Assembly: GCA_964595865.1 (NCBI GenBank)
Contig: CAZQRL010000003.1
Coordinates: 174,083 to 238,082 of the forward strand
Source: an uncultured Chthoniobacteraceae bacterium
GTDB lineage: Bacteria > Verrucomicrobiota > Verrucomicrobiia > Chthoniobacterales > DYNR01
Length of the DNA: 64,000 nucleotides
Reading direction: 5' to 3'
The translations under genes were made by a program, and so were the position numbers. This document shows, in pieces, positions 18,400 through 28,096 of this stretch; positions within the stretch are counted from its first letter, which is position 1, and each line of letters begins with the position of its first letter. The notes under the pieces are model-generated. The model made no database searches, was not told the origin of the DNA, and saw nothing but the letters and a program-made list of their open reading frames with translations.

Positions 18400-19067
18400 G
18401 GAGTCGGGGTGGCAGTGGCCACGCCGGTGGGATATTCGCGCATCAAAGCCCCGATATCCATGAGCAGATTGGCGACAACTTCCGGGTTTTCTCCCTCGCG
18501 CAGCGAGCGAATTCGTCCCTCAGAGTCCACGAGAACGAAGCGCGTGCTATGAGCGGGCAGACCGCTGGGCTCTCGGGCCAAAGGTTGCAGGAAACCTTGC
18601 GTGACGACGTGTTCCACAGCGGCGGGTTCGCCAGTAAGAAATTGCCAGCGTTGCGGCTCGGCTTTTACTTTGCGGGCATATTCCGCCAGCACCTCCGGGG
18701 TGTCATATTCCGGATCCACGGTCACCGTGACCAAGCGCACCCGGGTGTCTTTCGAGCGTTCCAAAGCCTGCTGCAGCTCGAGCATTCGGCTAGTCATCAT
18801 CGGGCATGGTCCGGTGCAGCGCGTGAAAATGAAATTCACCACCCAAGGTTCCCCTCGGAAGCTGGAAAGCGTCGCGGTTTCGCCGCGGTGGTTTTGCAGG
18901 CTGAATTCCGGCACCGTGCCGAGCACCTGCAATTTGTTTTCCTGGCCGCGAATTTTCGCCTGCTGCAACTGCGTCCAGACCAGGGTGAAAAAGACCGCGA
19001 CCCCGACAAAAATGGCCACCCAGCCCGGTCCGGTGAGGCGGCGGGGAGGAGAGGAGCCAGCGTTCAT
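18396..19067 (-). CDS. SCO1/SenC copper chaperone
   Basis: 223 aa with an N-terminal TM anchor and a thioredoxin fold carrying the CxxxC motif (FIFTRCTGPCPMM). Confidence 0.85.
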   Translation of the reverse strand: MNAGSSPPRRLTGPGWVAIFVGVAVFFTLVWTQLQQAKIRGQENKLQVLGTVPEFSLQNHRGETATLSSFRGEPWVVNFIFTRCTGPCPMMTSRMLELQQALERSKDTRVRLVTVTVDPEYDTPEVLAEYARKVKAEPQRWQFLTGEPAAVEHVVTQGFLQPLAREPSGLPAHSTRFVLVDSEGRIRSLREGENPEVVANLLMDIGALMREYPTGVATATPTP

Positions 19068-19676
19068 TTACCAAAGGTAAACGATGGAGAAGAGGAAAAG
19101 CCAGACCACATCCACGAAGTGCCAGTAGAGGGCGACATTCTGCAGGCTGGTATGGTGCTCCGGGGTGTAGCAGCGGGTGAGAGCCTGCTTGAGAAAACAC
19201 CAAATAATCAGCAAGACCCCGATGAGCACGTGCGCACCGTGAAAGCCGGTCATGACAAAAAAGGACGACCCGTAGGTGCCCCAAGTATGGAACCAGAGGC
19301 CTTCGTGGTAGAGATGCGTCCACTCATAGGCTTGGATGCCCAAGAAGACGCTGCCCAAAATGATCGTCAGAAAAAGCCAACTAAGCCCGCTTTTGCCCTT
19401 CTGCACAGCCACTTCGGCAAAGTGATAGGTGAAGCTACTGGCGATCAGGAAAACGGTATTGATGCTGGTGAGCAGCACAGGGAGGTGCGGAGCGCCTTCC
19501 GGCGGCCAGACGTCTTCGGTGAGACGCATGACGATGTAAGCTCCGATGAGCCCGGCAAAAAGCATCCCTTCGGAAATGAGGAAGATGATCATGCCAAACC
19601 GGGCGGTGGCCGGGGAGGCCTGGGCATGGCCTGCCGGGAGGGCGTGCGAATCCAAGGTGGCGGAAGTGGTGCTCAT
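19068..19676 (-). CDS. ctaE: cytochrome c oxidase subunit III
   Basis: 202 aa: FLISEGMLFAGL, GFHGAHVLIG, YWHFVDVVWLFLF. Confidence 0.9.
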   Translation of the reverse strand: MSTTSATLDSHALPAGHAQASPATARFGMIIFLISEGMLFAGLIGAYIVMRLTEDVWPPEGAPHLPVLLTSINTVFLIASSFTYHFAEVAVQKGKSGLSWLFLTIILGSVFLGIQAYEWTHLYHEGLWFHTWGTYGSSFFVMTGFHGAHVLIGVLLIIWCFLKQALTRCYTPEHHTSLQNVALYWHFVDVVWLFLFSIVYLW

Positions 19677-19707
19677 AGGTCAGTTGGCTGGATGAGGTGG
19701 TGGGAGG

Positions 19708-19827
19708 CTAATAGGTGGTGGCTGGGCCGCGCAGAATCATCAAATAAATTACCAAGCTGGCCAGCGAAATGGAAAAGAGGAGAATGGCCACGAGAAAAAC
19801 CCAGTTGGGAACTTTGCGCGAGGGCAT
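19708..19827 (-). CDS. hypothetical 39-aa single-TM peptide between ctaB and ctaE
   Basis: MPSRKVPNWVFLVAILLFSISLASLVIYLMILRGPATTY. An ATG lies 7 nt after the ctaB stop. Only position and hydrophobicity support the call. Confidence 0.3.
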   Translation of the reverse strand: MPSRKVPNWVFLVAILLFSISLASLVIYLMILRGPATTY

Positions 19828-19834
19828 GAGGCCT

Positions 19835-20725
19835 TCAAGTGCGGGCGAGGAGGTAGGCTCCGAAGTAAAACGGTAGCCAGAGAATGGAGCAAAGGAAGAG
19901 CGCGCGGGCGGCGGTTCGGCTGCGTTGGAAAAAGAAGCGCAGCGCACACCCGAGAAAGGCGGCCCCCAAGAGCAGAGCCGGCCCCCAGAACCAAGGCGCG
20001 ACAAACCCCAGGACGATCGGCATCACCGAGATACCCAGCAGATAAATCGAGTAGATGAGGCTTTGCCGGGCCGTGAGCGTGCCATCCTCATCCGTGCCCG
20101 AAAGCATGGCAAAGCCCGCCCGCAGATAGTCCTCGCGGTAAATCCACGAAATGGCAAGGAAGTGCGGCATCTGCCAAAACCACATCAGGGCAAACAAAAG
20201 AAGGCCCGGGGTGCCGATGGAGCCCGTGGCAGCACTCCATCCAATGAGGGGCGGTAGGGCCCCTGGCACGGCACCGACTAACGTATTCAGCGTCGAAATC
20301 TGCTTCATCGGGGTGTAGAGCAGAACGTAGCTGGCAATCGTGAAAGCTGAGAGTCCTGCCGCGAGCGGCGTGGTTAGGATAGCCAGGCAAGCCACACCTG
20401 AGACGGAGAGGAGGAGCCCCAGTCCCAAGGCATCGGAAGGATGCAGCCGACCCCCCGGTAGCGGACGGTCTTTGGTGCGTTGCATCCGGGCGTCCAGATC
20501 GCGCTCCCACCATTGATTGAGTGCCGAGGCCCCGGCAGCGCTAAGGGCAGTTCCCAGTGCCACGCCGACCAAAAGGGTCCAGTCCCAGGCTCCCTGGACC
20601 GCGGCAAAAAAGCCGGCGAGAGTGGTCAGCACCACCAGCAGCGAGAGCCGGGCTTTGAACAGCTCCGCCAGATCAGAGAGCCACGGCACGGCGGGCGCGG
20701 TGAGGGGAGAAGCTTCGGCTTTCAT
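19835..20725 (-). CDS. ctaB: protohaem IX farnesyltransferase (haem O synthase)
   Basis: ORF 19835..20791. The ATG at 20725 forms an ATGA overlap with the ctaA stop. UbiA-family polytopic protein (NQWWERDLDARMQRTKDRPLP). Confidence 0.9.
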   Translation of the reverse strand: MKAEASPLTAPAVPWLSDLAELFKARLSLLVVLTTLAGFFAAVQGAWDWTLLVGVALGTALSAAGASALNQWWERDLDARMQRTKDRPLPGGRLHPSDALGLGLLLSVSGVACLAILTTPLAAGLSAFTIASYVLLYTPMKQISTLNTLVGAVPGALPPLIGWSAATGSIGTPGLLLFALMWFWQMPHFLAISWIYREDYLRAGFAMLSGTDEDGTLTARQSLIYSIYLLGISVMPIVLGFVAPWFWGPALLLGAAFLGCALRFFFQRSRTAARALFLCSILWLPFYFGAYLLART

Positions 20726-21807
20726 CGCAGAGCAACGGAAGTTACCTCCAAGCTTTCTGGAGTTCTCGCAGGTATCTGAGCAGGCTGCCATGCGGTGCGC
20801 GAATGACCGACAAACTGCCGGAACGTCCCGAGCACACAGAGCACTAAACAGAAAGCACCGCCGAGCACGTGCGCCGTGGCGACATCAGCGGCTTTATTGG
20901 ACCAAATCGTCCACGCGCCCAAGGCCGCCTGGGCAAACAGGAGGCCGCACAGCAGGCTCAAGAAGCGCCGCAAGTGGGGATCGGAGCTGCCCCACGCCCG
21001 CCAGAGAAGCATCCCGGCCAGAAAGAGGATCGCATAGGCGAGCAGGCGATGTTTCATTTGCAGCCAGATAAGCACTGCGGTCGTCGGAGGGGTATTTTGC
21101 GCCAAGCGTTGGGCGTTGATCGCGGCCACGGCTTCAGCGGAGGTATCCGGCCAGAATTGCCCATAAGCCAGTGGAAAGTCTGGGATGCTCAAGCCAGCGT
21201 GGGCATGGCGCATCGAGGCAGCCACGCCTAATTGCCCGAAGATGAGCGCGGCCAAAGCCAAGAGCCCCCAGCGGAGTTCACCCGTGGAGGTCCTGGCAAA
21301 GCGTCCGCGCAGCCACAACGGGGAAGTGACCAGGCACAGCACGGCCAGAAGGCCGAGGAAAGATTGGGCCAACATGCCGTGAAAGATGCCGATCTCATCT
21401 TTGTAGAGTGTCACCCGCAAGCCTCCCAAAACCCCCTGGATAATCACTGCTCCCAGGCCAATAACCCCCAGCACTTTAACCCAGTAGCGTCGCTCCCCAG
21501 CCAACAAGGCAATGGTGCTCAGGAGCATCAGAAAGCCGACCAGCGAACCCAGCAGGCGGTGGGTATGCTCATAAAAAATGCCCCCGACCCATTTCGAGAC
21601 CGGGAAGAGAAACATGTTGTAGCCGTAGGTCGTAGGCCAGTCTGGCACCGCCATGCCGACGCCTTTGCTGGTGACCAACCCTCCGCTCCCGATCAGCACC
21701 ACGGTGCAAAGCAACGTCAGGAGCAAAAGCCCGTGTCGGCCGTAGGCCAGGAGGGGCAAGCGCTCCTTGGCAGCGTGGCCCGGGGGCTGGCTCACGGAAG
21801 ACACCAT
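20722..21807 (-). CDS. ctaA: haem A synthase (COX15/CtaA)
   Basis: 361 aa and 8 TM segments, with GGLVTSKGVGMAVPDWPTTYG and conserved His-containing helices (HRLLG, HAHAG, KHRLLA). Confidence 0.85.
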   Translation of the reverse strand: MVSSVSQPPGHAAKERLPLLAYGRHGLLLLTLLCTVVLIGSGGLVTSKGVGMAVPDWPTTYGYNMFLFPVSKWVGGIFYEHTHRLLGSLVGFLMLLSTIALLAGERRYWVKVLGVIGLGAVIIQGVLGGLRVTLYKDEIGIFHGMLAQSFLGLLAVLCLVTSPLWLRGRFARTSTGELRWGLLALAALIFGQLGVAASMRHAHAGLSIPDFPLAYGQFWPDTSAEAVAAINAQRLAQNTPPTTAVLIWLQMKHRLLAYAILFLAGMLLWRAWGSSDPHLRRFLSLLCGLLFAQAALGAWTIWSNKAADVATAHVLGGAFCLVLCVLGTFRQFVGHSRTAWQPAQIPARTPESLEVTSVALR

Positions 21808-21813
21808 GCTAGC

Positions 21814-23580
21814 TCAATGCACTTCCACCCGGGCACTCTCCGGTGCAGGGCGATCTTGCGGCAAGAAGTCCTCTTCCATGCCAGGCACGCTGTATTCGTA
21901 GGGGCCATGGTAAACCCGCGGGGTGACGGCAAAGTTCCCATGCCCGGGAGGTGAGGGGACGGTCCATTCCAAGGTTGTAGCGCGCCAGGGGTTGGCCGGA
22001 GCCTTGGGACCGTTGCGCAGCGAATAGACGACATTCCACAAGAAAATAAGGACCGTAAGACCCAGCCCCATGGCTCCCCAGGTGGAGATGATGTTGAGCG
22101 GCTGGAGCTGCCGCAGGTGTTCATAGACCGTGGGGTCGGCAATCCGGCGCATCATTCCTCCCAGCCCCAAGTTGTGCATGGGGAAGAAAGTCATGTTGAA
22201 GAAAATGAAGGTCAGGACAAAGTGCACCATGCCCAGCGGCTCATTGAGCATCCGGCCAAACATTTTCGGGAACCAAAAATAAATGGCCGCGAAGACCGCG
22301 AAGAGGCTGCCACCGAAGAGGACATAGTGAATGTGCGCCACGATGAAGTAGGTGTGATGGACAAAAAGATCCACCGGGGTCGAAGCCATGAAGATGCCCG
22401 AGAGGCCCCCCACGACGAACATGGAGACAAAGGCCAGCGCGAAGCACATGGAGGTGTTGTATTCGATCGAGCCGCGCCAGACCGTGCCGAGCCAGTTGAA
22501 GGTCTTGATGGCTGAGGGCACGGCAATAATCATCGTTGAGACCGAGAAAGCCGCGCTCAAGGTCAGGTTCATACCGCTGACAAACATGTGGTGTCCCCAG
22601 ACGATGAAGCCCAGGAAGCCAATCGCCACCATCGCATAGACCATCGCTTTGTAGCCAAAGATCGGTTTGCGGGCGAAGACAGGGATGATCTCCGAAACCA
22701 GGCCCATGGCCGGAAGGATCATAATGTAAACCTCCGGATGCCCGAAGAACCAGAAAAGGTGCTGCCAGAGCAGAGGTTGGCCACCGCCTTCGGGGCGGAA
22801 GAAGTGGGTGCCGAAATTCAAGTCGGCAAAAAGCATCGCGCCGGCGGCAGAGAGCACCGGCACCGCCAAAATCAGAAGGATGGCAGTGATAAAAAGCGAC
22901 CAGACCGAGAGCGGCAGGCGGAACATGGTCATGCCCGGTGCGCGCATGTTGACTATGGTCGTGATGTAGTTTGTCGCTCCGGCAATGGAGGAGAGCCCGT
23001 TAATAAAGATGCCCACCGCCCAGAGGCTCTGTCCAATAGGAGTTTGGTTGTAAGCACCAACCGCACTCAGCGGAGCATAAGCCGTCCAGCCGGTGCCCGG
23101 AGCTCCCCCGGGAACAAAAAAGGCGGCCATGAGAACCAACCCGGAGAGCACATAAAGCCAGTAGCTCAACTCGTTGAGCAGCGGGAACGCCATGTCCCCC
23201 GCGCCAATCTTCAGCGGAATGAGATAGTTCCCGAAAGCCCCAATGAGCAAGGGCATGACCACAAGGAAGACCATCACTGTGGCGTGCATGGTCACGAGCA
23301 TGTTGTAGCCACCGGGGACAATCGCGCCGTCCACCGCCACGGTCGAAGGCAGGAATTGCCCAATAATGGGCACTTCCGCGCCCGGATAAGCCAGCTGGTA
23401 GCGCACTCCCAGAGCCAGCCCGCCACCAATGAAGAGGAAAAACAAGGCCGTCCAGAGATACTGCAATCCGATCATTTTGTGATCGTAGGTCCAGAGATAT
23501 TTACGGAAGAAGCCTTCCGGCTGATGGTGCGAAGGATCGGCGAGCGTGGGCTCTGCGGAGGCGGTGAGGGTTGCACTCAT
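21814..23580 (-). CDS. ctaD: cytochrome c oxidase subunit I (A-family)
   Basis: 588 aa: WFFGHPEVYI, GHHMF, HHTYFIVAHIHYVLFGG. Confidence 0.95.
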   Translation of the reverse strand: MSATLTASAEPTLADPSHHQPEGFFRKYLWTYDHKMIGLQYLWTALFFLFIGGGLALGVRYQLAYPGAEVPIIGQFLPSTVAVDGAIVPGGYNMLVTMHATVMVFLVVMPLLIGAFGNYLIPLKIGAGDMAFPLLNELSYWLYVLSGLVLMAAFFVPGGAPGTGWTAYAPLSAVGAYNQTPIGQSLWAVGIFINGLSSIAGATNYITTIVNMRAPGMTMFRLPLSVWSLFITAILLILAVPVLSAAGAMLFADLNFGTHFFRPEGGGQPLLWQHLFWFFGHPEVYIMILPAMGLVSEIIPVFARKPIFGYKAMVYAMVAIGFLGFIVWGHHMFVSGMNLTLSAAFSVSTMIIAVPSAIKTFNWLGTVWRGSIEYNTSMCFALAFVSMFVVGGLSGIFMASTPVDLFVHHTYFIVAHIHYVLFGGSLFAVFAAIYFWFPKMFGRMLNEPLGMVHFVLTFIFFNMTFFPMHNLGLGGMMRRIADPTVYEHLRQLQPLNIISTWGAMGLGLTVLIFLWNVVYSLRNGPKAPANPWRATTLEWTVPSPPGHGNFAVTPRVYHGPYEYSVPGMEEDFLPQDRPAPESARVEVH

Positions 23581-24449
23581 GGCAGGATTTCAGGCTGGAG
23601 GTCAGAAGCGGCCGCGAGAACCGGAGTCGGAGGAAGGATGCGTGCGGCCAAGGAAGCGGATTTTTCCGCATACCAGGCATCAAATTGTTCCGGAGGCAGG
23701 ACGCGGATGCGCGCCTTCATGTTGTAGTGGCCGGTGCCGCAGAGCTGGCTGCAGGCGAGCTCAAATTCACCCGGGCGTTTGACCTCGAACCACACCCAAC
23801 CAATCGTCCGGCCTGGCACCATGTCCTGATAAAGGCGGAATTGTGGCACATAGAAAGAGTGAATGACATCGCGGGAGCGCATAAAAACATGCACTGGGCG
23901 ATTGGCCGGAATGACAAGCTCGGTGGAAGAAAAGTCATCCGCCGCCGCCGGATCATCTTCCAGGGCAAACTTGTCCTCGGCAGTGAAACCCAGATCGCGG
24001 GCCCGACCGAGAACCCCATCTTTGCCGGGGTAGCGCATATCGAAACCAAATTGGTAACTGACAATGTCCACGCGCAGGGCGTCGTCTGGGGCAGGACGAT
24101 GCAATTCGAACCAGACCTGATTGCTCCAAATCGCCAAACCGAGAAAGATCACCGTGGGAATGGTGGTCCAGACAACTTCCAACTTGTTGTTCCCGTGGCT
24201 GTAGTGTGCTTGGACACCGGGGCGGCGCCGGTATTTGACAAGGTAATAAATGTAAACTCCGTTGACGAGGAAGAAGACCGTCGCTGTGAGAAAGAAGATG
24301 AAATTGAGAATCGCATCTACTTTCTCCCCGCCGACGGTGACATTCTCGGGAGCCCAGTAGAGATTGGTGGTGCGTTGCTCGGCCATTCCCGTTCCGGGGA
24401 GACAGAGCCAGAGCAGCAGGAGCGGGAGGAGTCTGAGGAGGAACGGCAT
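23577..24449 (-). CDS. ctaC: cytochrome c oxidase subunit II (no fused cytochrome c domain)
   Basis: 290 aa with a signal peptide, two TM segments and the CuA motif DVIHSFYVP...CSQLCGTGHYNM. Confidence 0.9.
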   Translation of the reverse strand: MPFLLRLLPLLLLWLCLPGTGMAEQRTTNLYWAPENVTVGGEKVDAILNFIFFLTATVFFLVNGVYIYYLVKYRRRPGVQAHYSHGNNKLEVVWTTIPTVIFLGLAIWSNQVWFELHRPAPDDALRVDIVSYQFGFDMRYPGKDGVLGRARDLGFTAEDKFALEDDPAAADDFSSTELVIPANRPVHVFMRSRDVIHSFYVPQFRLYQDMVPGRTIGWVWFEVKRPGEFELACSQLCGTGHYNMKARIRVLPPEQFDAWYAEKSASLAARILPPTPVLAAASDLQPEILP

Positions 24450-24464
24450 GGTTACTTGGAGAGC

Positions 24465-25256
24465 TTAAGGGGCTGCGGGTTGGGCGTTGGAATCAGCAGG
24501 CGCGGGTGGGGTTTGGGAATCGGTGGCGGTGGCGTCTGCTGCTGGAGGAGCAGGAGGCGTGCCACTGGCGGTATCCAGCACCCGCTCAATGGCCTGCAGC
24601 TCCGCTTGTGTCCAAGGCTCTGTGCGATCTGCGGATTGGGCGCGGACCTCGGCGACGAACGCCTCGGAGATGGGCGGCGCGTTGTTCCCCCATTCGCTGC
24701 GGATATAGGTCAGCACATTGGCGATTTGCGCATCGGTCAGCTTCTGCGCCGGCATGGCGTTGTTGTAAGTTTCGCCTTTGACCTGCACCACTCCTTGAAG
24801 ACCGTGGGCGAGGATTTTCACCAAGTGATTATCCCCGTGCCAGCCTTCGGAGAGAACCCATTCACTACCAGCCAGCGGAGGAAACTGTCCGGCCACACCG
24901 AGACCGGTAGCCTGGTGGCAGACGACGCAATTCTGAGTGAAGACCCGGCGGCCGAGAGCAATCGGATCCGGTGCGGCTTTCTCTTGGGCAGCACCCCCGC
25001 CAGCCCAGGCGGTGCGGGAGGGATCGAAGACGTTGGATTGGAATCCCCCGCTGTTATAGGCCAGATACATCCCGCCCCAGAACACCACGATCATGATGAA
25101 CGTGACTAGCCAGAGTGGAATCGGCTCATAGCCATCCTGCGGGTCTTCCCGCTCGCGCAAAATGGAACCGTGGACTTTGGCCACGTTCATCCCCTCGACT
25201 TCGTTGGGATCGCGGAATTCTTCCGCGGGAGGCAATTTCGGATCGTTCGGGTTCAC
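24465..25256 (-). CDS. membrane-anchored monohaem c-type cytochrome (CcoP-like position)
   Basis: 263 aa with one TM segment (LWLVTFIMIVVFWGGMYLAY), a single CVVCHQ haem site and a Pro/Ala-rich C-terminal tail. Confidence 0.75.
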   Translation of the reverse strand: MNPNDPKLPPAEEFRDPNEVEGMNVAKVHGSILREREDPQDGYEPIPLWLVTFIMIVVFWGGMYLAYNSGGFQSNVFDPSRTAWAGGGAAQEKAAPDPIALGRRVFTQNCVVCHQATGLGVAGQFPPLAGSEWVLSEGWHGDNHLVKILAHGLQGVVQVKGETYNNAMPAQKLTDAQIANVLTYIRSEWGNNAPPISEAFVAEVRAQSADRTEPWTQAELQAIERVLDTASGTPPAPPAADATATDSQTPPAPADSNAQPAAP

Positions 25257-25268
25257 AGGCAGGTGAGC

Positions 25269-25901
25269 TTAATCGAGAGAAGGTTCGGGGGCTTCCTCCA
25301 GCGGATAGTCGCGATTGAGGGAGATCAGGTAGGCGACGAGGGCCTTGGCCTGTTCGGTCGGGACCACCTCATAGCCCGGTGGCGGGGCATGCGGACCGAC
25401 CAACCCTTGCACGGCATCTATGGAAGGTTGGCCGACAATTTTACGCAGCTGGTAGAGGTAGCGATAGGAGGGCATGATACTACCCGGACTGACCGTGGCT
25501 GGTTCGTAAAGGTGGCGATGGTGCCAATTTGGGTCTGACCAGCGTTTGCCGACATTCGCCAAATCCGGACCGGTGCGCATGGTGCCGAGGAAGACGGGTT
25601 GTTCGCGGATGAAGTCTCGCGCCACCGTGGGCCGGGTGCCCCAGCCACGCTGCAAGTCGCTTTTGGTGATGTAAGGCTGCCGCACTTGTTGACTGTGGCA
25701 ATAGACACAACCGGCGCTGGCATAGACCCGCTGGCCGGCGATGGCCGAACCCGAAAGCGGCGGTGGAAAAATATCACCCGTATCTTCCTGAATGACGGGT
25801 TGGAGATTGCCCAGGGCCAAATAGGGGTAGGCCACCAGACCGACCCACGCCGACCCAAAGGTCAGGAAGATTCCGACAAAAAGCAGAGGCATTCGGTTCA
25901 T
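25269..25901 (-). CDS. ccoO: cbb3-type cytochrome c oxidase subunit II
   Basis: 210 aa: CVYCHSQQVR, GTMRTGPDLANVG, SIMPSY. Confidence 0.85.
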   Translation of the reverse strand: MNRMPLLFVGIFLTFGSAWVGLVAYPYLALGNLQPVIQEDTGDIFPPPLSGSAIAGQRVYASAGCVYCHSQQVRQPYITKSDLQRGWGTRPTVARDFIREQPVFLGTMRTGPDLANVGKRWSDPNWHHRHLYEPATVSPGSIMPSYRYLYQLRKIVGQPSIDAVQGLVGPHAPPPGYEVVPTEQAKALVAYLISLNRDYPLEEAPEPSLD

Positions 25902-27373
25902 GCGTTGACGAGTTCCTCCTGAGGTTCCGGTTTGGCCAGCAGCGTGGCAGATTTTTGTTTTTCGCCAGTTTTCAAAAGCATGAGGACGAAGAGCACGGCG
26001 AAGATAATGTGGCCGAGCAGCATGGCGGTGCCGGAGATCGAACGGATGAGGCGCCAGGGCCAGACTAGGTCCAGCGTGCTCATGAAGTTGATCTGCGGAT
26101 CATGCAAAGCAAAGCCCTGTAACATCCCGCCAATCGTTAGCGCGCCGACCATCACGGCAATTCCCAGTGCTGTGAGCCAGAAATGCCAGCGGATCAATGT
26201 CGCCGAAGGCCATTCCCAGCCTACTAGGCGCGGCACGATGTAATACATCGCCCCAAACATCATCATGCTAAAAAAGCCGTAAACGCCGAGGTGAGCGTGC
26301 CCGATGGTGTAGTCGGTGAAGTGGAAGAGAGCATTGAGCTGCGGGATGGCCATAGTGCTGCCTTGGAGACTCACCAGGGTGTAGGTCATAGCCCCGAAGA
26401 CGGTGAAGCGCAGGGTCGGGCTCCAGCCGAGGGCGGCAAAATGTCCGCGCATGGTCATGTGGTGGTTGATGGCCACCGTGATGACCGGGATGAACATCAT
26501 GATGCTGGCGACGATCGAGGCACTGACGAGCCAAGAAGGAAAAGGACCGCCGATGAGGTGGTGCAGGCCATTCCAGCTGTAGAAGAGAGCCAGGGACCAG
26601 AAGCCCAGGATGGAAAGGTAGTAGCTGTGAATCGGCCGCCCGATGACCTTGGGAATCATGTAATAGGCCGAGGCCAAGCCCACCGGGGTGAACCAAAGCC
26701 CAAGCGCGTTGTGGGCATACCACCAATTCACCGCCCCTTGCGCCGATCCTTGGATGGGACTCCAGACCAGGAGGATGTTTGCCGTGGCATAAAGCCAGGG
26801 GAACCAAAGGAAGGCCGCCAGCAGATACCATTGTGAAACATAGACGTGCCCCGGTTTACGAAAGCGGAACATGATAATCGTCCAGATGGCGATAAAGGCA
26901 AAAGCGACGAAGATGATCGGCGTGCTGTAGCCAGGGTATTCCAACCATTCGATGGAGCGACCGTCTCCTGCGAGAATCCCGAGCGTGCCAATGAGAATCC
27001 CCAGGTTCCAAATCACGGCGGAGGAAATGACCAAGGATTGATTGAGCAGAGGCACCCGGCAGAGGCGAGCCATGAGCCAGATTCCCACACCGATCGCCGC
27101 AGAGGAAGCCCAGCCGTAGGCCACGACATTTAAGTGCGCCGGACGGATGCGCCCAAAGGTCAACCAAGCCCCGCTGTCCAGCAGCGTGGGAAAGTTCATC
27201 TTCAGGGCTGCCAGCACGCCCAAAAGTGAACCGACCAGGAGCCAAAAGATGGCTGACCCAAAGAAAATCAGCACCGGCAGGCGGCAAGAACGGTCAATCG
27301 CTGAACGTTCCAAGCGATCGAAAACCTCCGGTTTTGTGGCCGGATTGATGGCGGAGAGGAGATTGAGACTCAT
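25898..27373 (-). CDS. ccoN: cbb3-type cytochrome c oxidase subunit I
   Basis: 491 aa polytopic C-family haem-copper oxidase (WWYAHNALGLWFT, GHAHLGVYGFFSMMMFG). Confidence 0.9.
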   Translation of the reverse strand: MSLNLLSAINPATKPEVFDRLERSAIDRSCRLPVLIFFGSAIFWLLVGSLLGVLAALKMNFPTLLDSGAWLTFGRIRPAHLNVVAYGWASSAAIGVGIWLMARLCRVPLLNQSLVISSAVIWNLGILIGTLGILAGDGRSIEWLEYPGYSTPIIFVAFAFIAIWTIIMFRFRKPGHVYVSQWYLLAAFLWFPWLYATANILLVWSPIQGSAQGAVNWWYAHNALGLWFTPVGLASAYYMIPKVIGRPIHSYYLSILGFWSLALFYSWNGLHHLIGGPFPSWLVSASIVASIMMFIPVITVAINHHMTMRGHFAALGWSPTLRFTVFGAMTYTLVSLQGSTMAIPQLNALFHFTDYTIGHAHLGVYGFFSMMMFGAMYYIVPRLVGWEWPSATLIRWHFWLTALGIAVMVGALTIGGMLQGFALHDPQINFMSTLDLVWPWRLIRSISGTAMLLGHIIFAVLFVLMLLKTGEKQKSATLLAKPEPQEELVNA

Positions 27374-27376
27374 GGG

Positions 27377-27586
27377 TTAAGAGGGCTTGCGCGTCTGAGC
27401 GGTGCTTGTAGAGCCCGGGAAGCGGTCCGTGGGTTTGCCGATGGGTTCATCGGCGTCAAAGATGACCTCGGAACCTTGGCGGAGATTGCGAAATTGGCCG
27501 GTTTTGGCCGCCCAATAAAAGACTGCCAAGGCACTGCCGCTCAGGAGAGCGATACCGGCTGGGATGAGAATGTAGCTGACTTCCAT
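27377..27586 (-). CDS. ccoS: cbb3 oxidase maturation protein CcoS/FixS
   Basis: 69 aa with one TM segment, then FYWAAKTGQFRNL...IFDADEP, typical of CcoS. Confidence 0.75.
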   Translation of the reverse strand: MEVSYILIPAGIALLSGSALAVFYWAAKTGQFRNLRQGSEVIFDADEPIGKPTDRFPGSTSTAQTRKPS

Positions 27587-27595
27587 ACGCCAGAG

Positions 27596-28093
27596 TTACG
27601 GAGCTGGGGGCTGGTTGGAGTCCGGCGCCGCGGAATCCGCAGGAGTTTCAGCTGGGGAGGGTTCACTCGTTTGGGCAGGGGGTTCCGCGGGCACTTCAGC
27701 AGCTGGGCTAGCCGCGGCTTCTCGGTTGGCTTTCTGGGCTTCCAAGAACGCCGCTGCGGCAATCGGATCCACCGGGTAAGCTGGGCGCGGACCGGGAGCC
27801 TGGCGCAAAGCCTCGATTTCCAATTTCATGGCGTAGTCCACCGGCACTTGCGCGATGCCTTTGGCTTCATCCACCCAGGCGAATTGGTTGAGATCTTTCT
27901 CGGCCTGTTCGTTGACCTTTTGCAAAATCTCAATGCGCTGGGCCGAGCGGATGGCCTCTTCATTCAAGGGCTCAGGGCGGGATTTGAGCATCCACCAAGT
28001 GAGGCCGGTGAAGAGCAGGAGCATGATCAGGCCACCGATAAAAATCGGGGCCGAGGAGCGGGCCGTGGGATTGGGAAGGGTAGGGCTGCTCAT
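27596..28093 (-). CDS. hypothetical single-pass membrane protein (possible ACIII accessory subunit)
   Basis: 165 aa: an N-terminal TM segment (IFIGGLIMLLLFTGLTWWML), a helical middle and a Pro/Ala/acidic tail. It sits 3 nt after actF. Confidence 0.5.
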   Translation of the reverse strand: MSSPTLPNPTARSSAPIFIGGLIMLLLFTGLTWWMLKSRPEPLNEEAIRSAQRIEILQKVNEQAEKDLNQFAWVDEAKGIAQVPVDYAMKLEIEALRQAPGPRPAYPVDPIAAAAFLEAQKANREAAASPAAEVPAEPPAQTSEPSPAETPADSAAPDSNQPPAP

Positions 28094-28096
28094 GGA

